DNA of 64,000 nt from Pseudomonadota bacterium (GTDB lineage: Bacteria; Pseudomonadota; Alphaproteobacteria; Sphingomonadales; Sphingomonadaceae). The stretch covers positions 2,710-66,709 of the forward strand of contig JBCCCM010000012.1 in NCBI GenBank assembly GCA_039033515.1. The letters are read 5' to 3'. Position 1 is the stretch's first letter, and every line of letters begins with the position of its first letter. The notes beneath the pieces were generated by a model, which was given only the letters and a program-made list of their open reading frames with translations, was not told the origin of the DNA and ran no database searches. This document shows positions 39,759 through 48,308 of the stretch, in pieces. A program made the translations under genes and the position numbers.

Positions 39759-41357
39759 TCAGGGCCGAAAGTCCGCCCAGCTTAGACCAAAGCGCGCCAG
39801 ATATTTGCGCAAACGGTCCGCATCGTTGGTGGAGCTGCGGGCCTTGCGCGATTGGGCGAACAGTGTCCGCCCCGCTTCGGACAAAGTGCGCGAGGCGCGG
39901 CAGATTTCGGCGACGTAGTCCAACTGGACCAGATCAAACGGATCGATCGCGTCCAATTGCTCGCGCGTCATCAGCTCCGCCAATTCGGCCCCATGCCGCG
40001 ATGCGGCGGTCGGCTCGCCATGCCACAAGGCCTCAAGCCGCGCGATCTCATGGCTGACCGCTTCGGCGTCGATCCGGCCCGTGGGGCTGAGCGTCGCCAT
40101 GCGTGTCACGCTGGCGGCGAGATCGCGGAAATTGCCCGCCCACGCCGCATCGGGCCCTTGCGCAAACGTAAGATAGGCCCGGCGCGCTTCGGCGTTGAAG
40201 GTGACGCGCTCGCCCTCGGCTTCGGCAAACCGTTCAAGTTCGTATTCGAGGTTTGGCGCGATATCTTCGCGCCGTTCGGCAAGACCCGGCAGTTCGAAGG
40301 TCCAAAGGTTAAGGCGCGCAAACAGGTCTTCGCGAAAGTTCCCTTGCGCAACCTCGGACATGAGATTGCGATTGGTGCCCGCGATCAGCTGAAATTGCGA
40401 GGTAGCCTCTTTGTCCGCGCCGACGGGCAAGAAGCGGCCTTCCTCAATGGCGCGCAGGATCATCGCCTGTTCGTCGAGGCCCAGTTCCCCGATCTCGTCA
40501 AGGAACAGCACACCGGTGTCCGCGCTCTTGAGCAGCCCTGCGCGATCCGCTGCCGCGCCGGTGAACGCGCCCTTTTTGTGGCCAAACAGCGCGGACATCG
40601 CGCTGTCACCTGTCAGCGTTGCGCAGTTCACCTCAACGAACGGTCCGGCGACCTGGTGGCGCAGTTTCTTAAGCTCGTAGATCTTGCGCGCCAACTGGCT
40701 TTTGCCCGCCCCCGTCGGCCCCATCAGCAAGATCGCCGCGCGGCTGCGCATCGCGACCTGCTCGATCTCTTCGATCAGGCGATTAAAGGCCGCGTTGCGC
40801 GTTTCGATCCCGCTTTTGAGGAAACTGGCGCTTTGCGCGCTCGTCTCGGCGAAGCGGCTGGCGATGGAATCGTAACGCGACAGGTCCAGATCAATCGCAC
40901 CCCAACTGCCCACGGGTTGCGACATGCCACGCTTTGGCTGGGTCTGAAGCAGTTTGCCCGGAAGAAAGCGCGCTTCGGTCAACAAGAACAGGCAAATCTG
41001 CACAACATGCGTGCCGGTCGTGATGTGGATCAGGTAATCGTTGGTGTCCGGATCGAACGGATAGCTCTGCGCGAAATCGAGCAGCGTGGTATAAACCTCT
41101 TCAAAATCCCACGGATCCTTGAACTCGATCAGGCGCTCTTCAACGTCGGTTTCCGGCGACACGTCGGCGATATCGCTGGTGACGCGGGTGGCGAGCTTCT
41201 GGTGGCGCTCGGAATGCAGCAGCACAAAGCGATCCACGCGCAGATCTTCGTGCATGCAAAGACCGACGCTGGGCCGCCACTTGTTCCAGCGTTCGGGGCC
41301 AAACTTGGCGGCGTCGAGCGTGGTGCCGAGAAATCCGATGACCGTGAGGGGCTTCAT
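39759..41357 (-). CDS. rtcR: Sigma54-dependent RNA-repair activator RtcR (CARF + AAA+)
   Basis: VIGFLGTTLD...RWNKWRPSV, DPWDFEEVY, HITTGTH; GPTGAGKS, GAFTGA, LFLDEIGE. Confidence 0.97.
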   Translation of the reverse strand: MKPLTVIGFLGTTLDAAKFGPERWNKWRPSVGLCMHEDLRVDRFVLLHSERHQKLATRVTSDIADVSPETDVEERLIEFKDPWDFEEVYTTLLDFAQSYPFDPDTNDYLIHITTGTHVVQICLFLLTEARFLPGKLLQTQPKRGMSQPVGSWGAIDLDLSRYDSIASRFAETSAQSASFLKSGIETRNAAFNRLIEEIEQVAMRSRAAILLMGPTGAGKSQLARKIYELKKLRHQVAGPFVEVNCATLTGDSAMSALFGHKKGAFTGAAADRAGLLKSADTGVLFLDEIGELGLDEQAMILRAIEEGRFLPVGADKEATSQFQLIAGTNRNLMSEVAQGNFREDLFARLNLWTFELPGLAERREDIAPNLEYELERFAEAEGERVTFNAEARRAYLTFAQGPDAAWAGNFRDLAASVTRMATLSPTGRIDAEAVSHEIARLEALWHGEPTAASRHGAELAELMTREQLDAIDPFDLVQLDYVAEICRASRTLSEAGRTLFAQSRKARSSTNDADRLRKYLARFGLSWADFRP

Positions 41358-41501
41358 ATCATATTTATACGATGGGATAATTTCTTATACAATAGGAGCT
41401 TTACCTCAGGCTTCGCGCTGGAAGCGGTCCAAGCAGAGAGATTCGCTTTTCCCATTATATTTCATATGTTTGGAAGATAATCAGTGTCGAAGAATCAATT
41501 T

Positions 41502-41517
41502 TGGCACGCCCCCTGCT
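41502..41517 (+). promoter_or_regulatory. Sigma54 (-24/-12) promoter of rtcBA
   Basis: TGGCACG-ccccc-TGCT with exact GG-N10-GC; inverted ATGGGA(T/A)AA sites at 41372-41380 and 41447-41455 are candidate activator sites. Confidence 0.9.
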
Positions 41518-41528
41518 GTATTGTGAGC

Positions 41529-41617
41529 GTCGGGCATGTCGAACGCCCGGCATAGCGGCGGAAACAGGGGTGGCCGGAATGGGCCGGCCACCCCCAGAGC
41601 CTCCAAGAGCCCGCCGC
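41529..41617 (+). ncRNA. Structured RNA in the rtcB 5' leader (candidate)
   Basis: Perfect 11-bp stem 41567-41577/41584-41594 inside a 7-bp stem 41555-41561/41611-41617, preceded by hairpin 41529-41551. Confidence 0.45.
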
Positions 41618-41635
41618 AGCACAGGATTAGAGACG

Positions 41636-42859
41636 ATGGAACAGACCTACGAAACCACCCATGTCGAAGACGGAGCGCCGATCAAATCGTGGACGCGCGG
41701 TGTGCCCGTGGATGCCAAGGCGAAAGAGCAGATGGCGCTCGCCGCCAAGCTGCCCTTCATCTTCAAGCATGTGGCCGCGATGCCCGATGTTCACGTCGGC
41801 ATCGGCGCGACCGTGGGTTCGGTTATCCCGACCAAAGGCGCGGTGATCCCGGCGGCGGTGGGCGTGGATATTGGCTGCGGCATGATGGCCGCGCGCACCT
41901 CGCTCATGGCGAGCGATCTTCCCGATAACCTCGCCGGTATCCGCTCCGCTATCGAAGCGGCGGTGCCGCATGGTCGGACCAATGGTCGCGGTCGCCGGGA
42001 CAAAGGCGCGTGGGGCGATCCGCCCGCATCGGTGATTGACGCCTGGGCTTCGCTCAAGGTTCGGTTTGACGCGCTGTGCGAGAAATACCCGCGGCTTCGC
42101 AACACCAACAACGTGATGCATCTCGGCACGCTGGGGACGGGCAACCACTTTGTGGAAGTCTGCCTCGACACCGAGCAGCGCGTGTGGGTGATGCTGCATT
42201 CCGGTTCGCGCGGTGTGGGGAACGCCATCGGGCGGTTCTTCATCGAACTTGCGAAGAAGGACATGCGCCAGTGGCACATCAACCTGCCCGACGAAGACCT
42301 TGCCTATTTCCCGGAAGGGACCGAGCACTTTGACGATTATCTCGAGGCGGTCGGCTGGGCGCAGGACTTCGCCGCGCTGAACCGGCGGGTGATGATGACA
42401 CACGCGCTTGACGCGCTGCGGTCACAAATCGCCAAGCCGTTCGAGGCTGAATGCGAAGCGGTGAACTGCCATCACAACTATGTGACGCGCGAGAACCACT
42501 TCGGCGAAAACGTGCTCGTGACCCGCAAGGGCGCGGTGCGGGCGGCGAAGGGCACGCTGGGCATTATCCCGGGCTCGATGGGAGCAAAAAGCTTCATCGT
42601 GCGCGGGCTGGGCAACGCGGACAGCTTCGAAAGCTGCTCGCACGGCGCGGGCCGGGTGATGAGCCGGACCCAGGCGAAAAAGCTGGTGTCGCTCGACGAG
42701 CACATCGCCGACACCGCTGGGGTCGAATGCCGCAAGGACGAAGGCGTGATCGATGAAACGCCCAAGGCCTATAAGCCGATCGAAAAGGTCATGGCCGCGC
42801 AGTCGGACCTTGTTGAGATCGTGCACACGTTGAAGCAGGTGGTGTGTGTGAAGGGGTGA
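41636..42859 (+). CDS. rtcB: RNA-splicing/repair ligase RtcB
   Basis: MPDVHVG, VGVDIGCG, GTLGTGNHF, HSGSRG, HHNY, HGAGR. Confidence 0.98.
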   Translation: MEQTYETTHVEDGAPIKSWTRGVPVDAKAKEQMALAAKLPFIFKHVAAMPDVHVGIGATVGSVIPTKGAVIPAAVGVDIGCGMMAARTSLMASDLPDNLAGIRSAIEAAVPHGRTNGRGRRDKGAWGDPPASVIDAWASLKVRFDALCEKYPRLRNTNNVMHLGTLGTGNHFVEVCLDTEQRVWVMLHSGSRGVGNAIGRFFIELAKKDMRQWHINLPDEDLAYFPEGTEHFDDYLEAVGWAQDFAALNRRVMMTHALDALRSQIAKPFEAECEAVNCHHNYVTRENHFGENVLVTRKGAVRAAKGTLGIIPGSMGAKSFIVRGLGNADSFESCSHGAGRVMSRTQAKKLVSLDEHIADTAGVECRKDEGVIDETPKAYKPIEKVMAAQSDLVEIVHTLKQVVCVKG

Positions 42860-42899
42860 TACCCTTTCGCCCACGCCCCCTGCCCTTTAGGAAAACACG

Positions 42900-43919
42900 A
42901 TGATTACGATCGATGGCTCTAAGGGTGAAGGCGGGGGGCAGGTGCTGCGGTACGCGGCGGGCCTTTCGCTTATCACCGGGGAGCCTTTCACCATTGAGAA
43001 CATTCGCGGCGGACGCAAAAAGCCGGGCATGATGCGCCAGCATGTGACCGCGCTTGAGGCGGCCTGTGCGATTGGCGGGGCTGAGGCGAGCGGGCTCGCC
43101 GTAGGGTCGGAGACGTTGACCTTTCGGCCCGGCCGCGTGACACCGGGCGAATACCACTTTGCTGTGGGCACGGCGGGCAGCACGGGGATGGTCCTTCAGG
43201 CCATCCTCGCGCCGCTGATGCTTGCCGACGGGCCGAGCCGGGTTGTGATCGAAGGGGGCACTCATGCGAGTTTCGCGCCGCCCTTCGAGTTTACGGCAAA
43301 GACGCTTTTGCCGCTGCTCAGCCAGATGGGGCCCAAGGTCTCCGCGACGCTGGAACGGCACGGCTTCTTTCCGCGCGGTGGTGGCCGGATCGTGGTTGAA
43401 TTTGACCCGGCGGGACTGTCGCCCGTGGATCTCGTGGATCGCGGAGAGCTTGTTTCGACCTCGGCGGAAGCCCTAGTCGCGGGCATCGCTTTCGATGTCG
43501 CGGGCCGCGAGCTCAAATCGGCGCGCAAAGTGCTCAACGCATGGCCCGAAGACGCGTTCGCGCCGGTTCAGCTGCCCGCCGATCACGGTCCGGGCAACGC
43601 TCTGCTGCTCACCGCGCGGTTTGAGCGGGTGACCGAGGTGGTGTCGGGCATTGGTCAAATGGGCCTGTCCGCGGAACGGATCGGCAAGACGGCGGCCAAG
43701 CGGATGGCGGGTTACCTCGCGAGCGGCGCGTTTGCGGGGCCGTATTTGCAGGATCAGCTCTTGCTGCCGTTTGCGCTGGCGCGCGGCGGGGCCTTTACGA
43801 CGGTCAAGATCAGCGAGCATTCGCGCACCGCGATGGACCTGATTGAACGCTTCACGGGCACTCGCTTTGCGGTGTCGGGGGAGCCGGACAAAGGCTGGCG
43901 GATTGAGGTGGCGGGGTAG
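42900..43919 (+). CDS. rtcA: RNA 3'-terminal phosphate cyclase
   Basis: IDGSKGEGGGQVLR, GTAGS, GGTH, RHGFFPRGGG, QDQL, EH.RT. Confidence 0.96.
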   Translation: MITIDGSKGEGGGQVLRYAAGLSLITGEPFTIENIRGGRKKPGMMRQHVTALEAACAIGGAEASGLAVGSETLTFRPGRVTPGEYHFAVGTAGSTGMVLQAILAPLMLADGPSRVVIEGGTHASFAPPFEFTAKTLLPLLSQMGPKVSATLERHGFFPRGGGRIVVEFDPAGLSPVDLVDRGELVSTSAEALVAGIAFDVAGRELKSARKVLNAWPEDAFAPVQLPADHGPGNALLLTARFERVTEVVSGIGQMGLSAERIGKTAAKRMAGYLASGAFAGPYLQDQLLLPFALARGGAFTTVKISEHSRTAMDLIERFTGTRFAVSGEPDKGWRIEVAG

Positions 43920-43931
43920 CGTTTGGCGGCG

Positions 43932-44285
43932 TTACCGCGCCATCTTGCGCACGTCGATGTCGGCGCCTGCAAACGCTTTTTCGATCACGCCGATCGCCAG
44001 ATCGATCCGGGCCGCGCCGCACATAAAGATGTCGAGCGCGGCAAAGCCGGTTTCAGGCCACGTGTGGATCGAGATGTGGCTTTCCGCCAGCATCAGCACG
44101 CCCGTGACGCCCATCGCAGGTCCGAAATGGTGAAAGTGCCCTTGCAACACGGTGGCTCCAGCGGCCTTCGCGGCGCGGCGCAGCACGGCTTCGACATGGT
44201 CGGGCTCGTCCAATCGCCTGGCCCCGCGCACATCGATCAGCGCGTGGGTTCCAACCTGAGTGATAGCTTGATCAGTCATCGCCAT
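43932..44285 (-). CDS. speD: S-adenosylmethionine decarboxylase proenzyme (class 1B)
   Basis: GTHALID, GVTGVLMLAESHISIHTWPE (ES cleavage site), DIFMCG; GGAGG RBS. Confidence 0.95.
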   Translation of the reverse strand: MAMTDQAITQVGTHALIDVRGARRLDEPDHVEAVLRRAAKAAGATVLQGHFHHFGPAMGVTGVLMLAESHISIHTWPETGFAALDIFMCGAARIDLAIGVIEKAFAGADIDVRKMAR

Positions 44286-45870
44286 ACGCCCTCCATTCCT
44301 TTGTGAAGAGCTGGACGAGCGCCTGATTTTCAAGCCGGTTTATATCGGGCGCGGCGGCGCGCATATCAGCTGGGAATTCGCGCATGCGCGCCTCTTCGCT
44401 CGGCGTGAAATAGCGCAATCCGTCGGGCAAGTTCGCGATCTTGGGCAGGGCCCCGCGCGCCGCCAGAGTAAAGCCCCAATCGCCAAAGCTGGGCACATAA
44501 GTGTGGTAGGGATGCGTCGCAAAACCCGCCGCATTGAGCGTTGCGCCGATCATCGCAAAGCTGCGGGTCGAGACATAAGGCGCGGTGCTCTGCACGCTCA
44601 TCACCCCCGCAGGGGCGAGAAGCGCGCCGAGATTGCGGTAGAATTCCAGACTGTACAGCCGACCAATCGAATAATTGGTGGGATCCGGCAGATCGACGAG
44701 GATCACGTCGAACTGGCGATCCGTGTCCCTGGCCCAGGTGAAAGCATCAGCGTTGATCACTTCGACGCGTGGGTCCGCAAACGCGTCCGCGTTGAGCCGG
44801 GTGAGGACGGGTGCGGCGCGAAACAGCTCGGTGATGGCCGGGTCCAGATCGACAAGCGTGGCCGAGGCGACCGCGTCCTCTTTCAACACTTCGCGCAGCG
44901 CCAGCCCGTCCCCTCCGCCGAGGATCAGCACGCGCGAAGGAGCTGCGACGCGGCCCATGGCGGGCCAGACAAGGCTTTCGTGATAGCGGTATTCATCGCG
45001 GCTGGAGAATTGCAGATTGCCGTCGAGAAACAGGCGAATGTCGCCCTTTTTCTGCGTCAGCACGATGCGTTGATATTGGCTCGATTTCGCGTAGATCAGG
45101 TTGTCGTTGTAGAGACCCGCCTCGGACAGACGCTGCAAGGCTTCCGACGCGACGGCGCCCACGACCAGTAAGACTGCGACGAGGATCGCCGACACTCGCT
45201 CCAGCGCGAGCGAGCGATCACGGCGCAAGCGGAAGACGAGCAACAGCGCGACAAGAATATTGACGAAGCCGATCACAAACCCGGCGCGGATCAGCCCCAC
45301 GAAGGGCACCAGAACCAGCGGGAACAACAGCGATGCCGCTAGCGCGCCGATATAATCGTAGGTCAGCACGTTGGAGACCAGATCGCCAAAACTGAACTCG
45401 TCCTTCAAAATGCGGATGAGCAGCGGGATTTCGAGGCCGACCAGAAACCCGATCAACAGGACAAGGCCGTAAAGGATCGGGCGGAAATCATCGACCAACG
45501 GGAACAGCAGAAACAACGCCGCCGCCGAGGTTCCTCCGACCGCCGCGATGATAATCTCGATCCGGATAAACCATGCGAGCAGCCGCCCCTCGATATAGCG
45601 CGAAAACCAGCTGCCGATCCCCATCGCGAACAGATAGGTGCCGATCACGGTTGAGAACTGGGTGACGCTGTCGCCCAGCAGATAGGTCGCAATCGTGCCC
45701 GCCAGCAATTCGTAGATCAGCCCGCAAGTCGCAACCACGAAGACCGAGACCAGCAGGATCAGCGAGAGACCATCGGTCTTCGCTCCCACCGTCTCAGGCG
45801 ATGCCCCTGCCGGTTGAGCACCAGCTGGCTGAGCTCCCGCGCGAAGTGCAGGAGCCCCGTTTTCAGCCAT
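44272..45870 (-). CDS. Membrane-bound polyamine aminopropyltransferase (spermidine synthase-like with N-terminal TM domain)
   Basis: TM region (CGLIYEL, GLEIPLL, DYIGAL) then QFSSRDEYRYHE, LGGGDG, VDLDP, NADAF, VDLPDP. Confidence 0.93.
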   Translation of the reverse strand: MAENGAPALRAGAQPAGAQPAGASPETVGAKTDGLSLILLVSVFVVATCGLIYELLAGTIATYLLGDSVTQFSTVIGTYLFAMGIGSWFSRYIEGRLLAWFIRIEIIIAAVGGTSAAALFLLFPLVDDFRPILYGLVLLIGFLVGLEIPLLIRILKDEFSFGDLVSNVLTYDYIGALAASLLFPLVLVPFVGLIRAGFVIGFVNILVALLLVFRLRRDRSLALERVSAILVAVLLVVGAVASEALQRLSEAGLYNDNLIYAKSSQYQRIVLTQKKGDIRLFLDGNLQFSSRDEYRYHESLVWPAMGRVAAPSRVLILGGGDGLALREVLKEDAVASATLVDLDPAITELFRAAPVLTRLNADAFADPRVEVINADAFTWARDTDRQFDVILVDLPDPTNYSIGRLYSLEFYRNLGALLAPAGVMSVQSTAPYVSTRSFAMIGATLNAAGFATHPYHTYVPSFGDWGFTLAARGALPKIANLPDGLRYFTPSEEARMREFPADMRAAAPDINRLENQALVQLFTKEWRAYGDD

Positions 45871-46114
45871 GGATGGCAGCGGCGATAATGATCGCAATCG
45901 AAAGCGCCATGGCGCCCGCTAGAACGGCCACACCGGTGTTGCGGTTATCGACAATCTCCACGCGCAGTTTAGTCGGCGTGATGATGTCGACGATCACGAA
46001 GGTGACGAGGAAAACGAAAATTCCCAGAAAGGAATAGGCGAGGCTCGCCAGAAAAGTGTCGAGAGTGAGCATAGCGCCCCCTGATGATGTTGCGAGAAGT
46101 GTCAGATTAGTCAT
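45863..46114 (-). CDS. DUF350-like small membrane protein
   Basis: Two TM helices, DIITP...EIVDNRNTGVAVL.GAMALSIAIIIAAAIHG; start is 46114 (ATGA overlap) or 46072. Confidence 0.85.
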   Translation of the reverse strand: MTNLTLLATSSGGAMLTLDTFLASLAYSFLGIFVFLVTFVIVDIITPTKLRVEIVDNRNTGVAVLAGAMALSIAIIIAAAIHG

Positions 46115-46251
46115 TTGTGCGTAGGCCCCCCACCGCGTGAATAAATATTGCGCGCCTGAACGCCGTCGCCAAACGGCGAATAGCCATACCAGCCTGCGGT
46201 CGCGTGCAGGCCGACGCACAGCGCGCACCAGACCATGAATGTCTTCTTCAT
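46111..46251 (-). CDS. 46-aa membrane/secreted microprotein (not in ORF track)
   Basis: MKKTFMVWCALCVGLHATAGWYGYSPFGDGVQARNIYSRGGGPTHK; GGAG RBS; fills the operon gap and overlaps the next ATG. Confidence 0.75.
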   Translation of the reverse strand: MKKTFMVWCALCVGLHATAGWYGYSPFGDGVQARNIYSRGGGPTHK

Positions 46252-46266
46252 GCCTTGGCTCCTGAT

Positions 46267-47595
46267 TTAGTCGTCATCGTCATCGTCCGCTCCGTCATAG
46301 CCGCTTTGCCGGGCGGTTTCGAAACTGGCCGCGCGCATCCCGACCCAGATAACCGGCCCAAACAGCGCCAGAAACAGTAGGAAGAAATGCGAATTGAACG
46401 TCCCGTTCGAGGTGACCACGACGCTCACCGCGCGTCCCGGCTGCGCGCCTGACCCGACCCAGACCTGGTCCAGCTTGGCCGTGGCCACCGGCCCTCTTGC
46501 CTCGTCTTCGGGCAAAAGCACTTCGGCGGTCAGCTGATATGTGCCGGGAGGGACCGAGGCGATCTTGACCGTGCCGCGCCGGTCATCTTCCTTCCAATCG
46601 CGTCCATAGTAGTATTCGATCGGCTGGCTTGCGATGATCTCTTCATCGGTTGCGGTGTTGGTCAGGGTGTATTCCAGATACATCCAGTTGTTATCGCCCG
46701 GTTCCCCGCGCGCGGTGATCGTTACCGGCTTGGGACGCCCGGTCATCGTGAACGTCCCGACATCAAAACTGCGCGCCGAGGTCGCCGGGTTCGCGGTGAA
46801 GGCCATGTGCCGTTCCTCACCCCCGAACGACAGCAGGACCGAGATCAGAAGCGCGGCGGCAAAAGCGATCGATGCGATCAGCGCGCTGGTCATGACGCCG
46901 TTGCCATAGGGGTTGGGATGGTGCGGCTGGGGGTAATCGCCGGACGCGGGATATTGCCCGGTGTCCTCGATCCCAAAAGCTTTGGCGACCGCTTTGGACT
47001 CGACAAATTCCTCCAGCGTCCAGTTGTTTTCGTCCCCGGTGATCTCGCACGAGAGCACCTTGCCCCCGCCGACATAGCTGGTGGATTTGACCTTATCGCC
47101 CTTCTTGACCTGCCAGTAAAACTCGCCAATCGCGCGCTCGACTGTGCTTTCGGCCGGGTCGTAGATGCGCTTCATCCGCGCGCCTTCATATTCGAAGGTG
47201 TCCTGGCGCGGGCTGGCGAGTTGCGAGAGGATCGGCGTGCCCACGCTCCAGCCGCTCGCTTGCCAGATCAGCCAGCGATAGCCGTGATAGGGGTTGAACA
47301 GGAGGAATTCCTCCCATGTGTCCCAGCCATCGTTTTTCTCGATATTGCCGACGCAGACCCATTCGACGCCGTTGATGGTGCCCTTGGTTCCGAGTGGGAT
47401 TTGCAGCGTCTTGGCCGCCTCAACATGCGCCGCGACCAGGCGGGTGTCATCGTTGGTAAGGTCAATCTCGCTGCCGCAATATTGGCACATATGCAGCGTG
47501 GAATAGCCCGCCGCGTGCAGCTCGAACGGGCCGCCGCATGACGGGCATTCGAGCGCCTTGGTCGAGGCGACGACTGTGCCTGCGGGCGCGTTCAC
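46267..47595 (-). CDS. Zn-ribbon + DUF4178-like membrane protein
   Basis: CPSCG...CQYCG; W.EFLLFNP..GYRWL; GEFYW.V..GD; two TM helices; poly-Asp tail. Confidence 0.85.
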   Translation of the reverse strand: MNAPAGTVVASTKALECPSCGGPFELHAAGYSTLHMCQYCGSEIDLTNDDTRLVAAHVEAAKTLQIPLGTKGTINGVEWVCVGNIEKNDGWDTWEEFLLFNPYHGYRWLIWQASGWSVGTPILSQLASPRQDTFEYEGARMKRIYDPAESTVERAIGEFYWQVKKGDKVKSTSYVGGGKVLSCEITGDENNWTLEEFVESKAVAKAFGIEDTGQYPASGDYPQPHHPNPYGNGVMTSALIASIAFAAALLISVLLSFGGEERHMAFTANPATSARSFDVGTFTMTGRPKPVTITARGEPGDNNWMYLEYTLTNTATDEEIIASQPIEYYYGRDWKEDDRRGTVKIASVPPGTYQLTAEVLLPEDEARGPVATAKLDQVWVGSGAQPGRAVSVVVTSNGTFNSHFFLLFLALFGPVIWVGMRAASFETARQSGYDGADDDDDD

Positions 47596-48284
47596 CGGGC
47601 GACCTCAAAATCGGGAGCGGACCAGTGTTCGAACCGGCGCAGCCCCGCAGGCTCCAGATCTTCAAGCCGGTAGTAAGCGCCGCGCCACAGGCTGTGCCCA
47701 TCGCGATCTCGCTGATAGGTGATCACCGCGCCTTTCTTGGTGCGAAAGTCGATGCTGAACCGCCCCTGCTGCGCCGGAATGATATGCGGCAGCGATCCTT
47801 CGACCGCGACGCAGCGCACGCGTTTGATATCCGAGAGGAAATGCGGCGAACAGCCGATCCAGACGCGCTCGCCCAGCCCGCCATTGGCCTTGCGCTGCGC
47901 GGCTTCGATATTGGCGATGTCCTCGTCGGTGGGTTCGACCTCTTTCATCACCATGTATTTGCCGGTTTCCTCGGCCACCCAGAAGGCCTCGCCGCCCGGA
48001 AATTGCAGCAGCCATTCGTTCCAGAAACCGCCATCAAAAGCCCAGCGTTCGCGCCCGACGATTTCGCCCCGTTGACCATTGGGCGCGCCGCCGACGGTGA
48101 GCCGCGTTCCGATCTGGATGGGGCTGACATCGAAGGGCACTTGCCCCGCCTCGCCGACTTTGGAAAGCGCATCGCCCGCCTTGCTCAAAAGCGAGTTGCA
48201 CGATCCGCAGGTCACGACCGGCAGGCCGGGCACTCCCGTCCCGATCAACGCCCCGCAATTCGGGCAGTTTTGCTGCGCCTCCAC
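47592..48284 (-). CDS. Zn-ribbon + DUF4178-like protein
   Basis: CPNCG...CGSC; SPIQIGT, GFWNEW, WVAEETG, VEGSLP. Confidence 0.85.
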   Translation of the reverse strand: MEAQQNCPNCGALIGTGVPGLPVVTCGSCNSLLSKAGDALSKVGEAGQVPFDVSPIQIGTRLTVGGAPNGQRGEIVGRERWAFDGGFWNEWLLQFPGGEAFWVAEETGKYMVMKEVEPTDEDIANIEAAQRKANGGLGERVWIGCSPHFLSDIKRVRCVAVEGSLPHIIPAQQGRFSIDFRTKKGAVITYQRDRDGHSLWRGAYYRLEDLEPAGLRRFEHWSAPDFEVAR

Positions 48285-48308
48285 GAAGTAGCCCCCTAAG
48301 GTGGTCGC

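Noticed and set aside
39852-41480. 542-aa ORF on the + strand opposite rtcR
   Set aside because: Antisense shadow; rtcR has all expected motifs and this ORF has none.
41529-41617. Possible tRNA or Y RNA (YrlA) identity for the rtcB leader
   Set aside because: No GTTCRA T-loop, D-arm or CCA end could be fitted, and no TROVE/Ro60 gene is in the window; kept only as an unnamed structured RNA.
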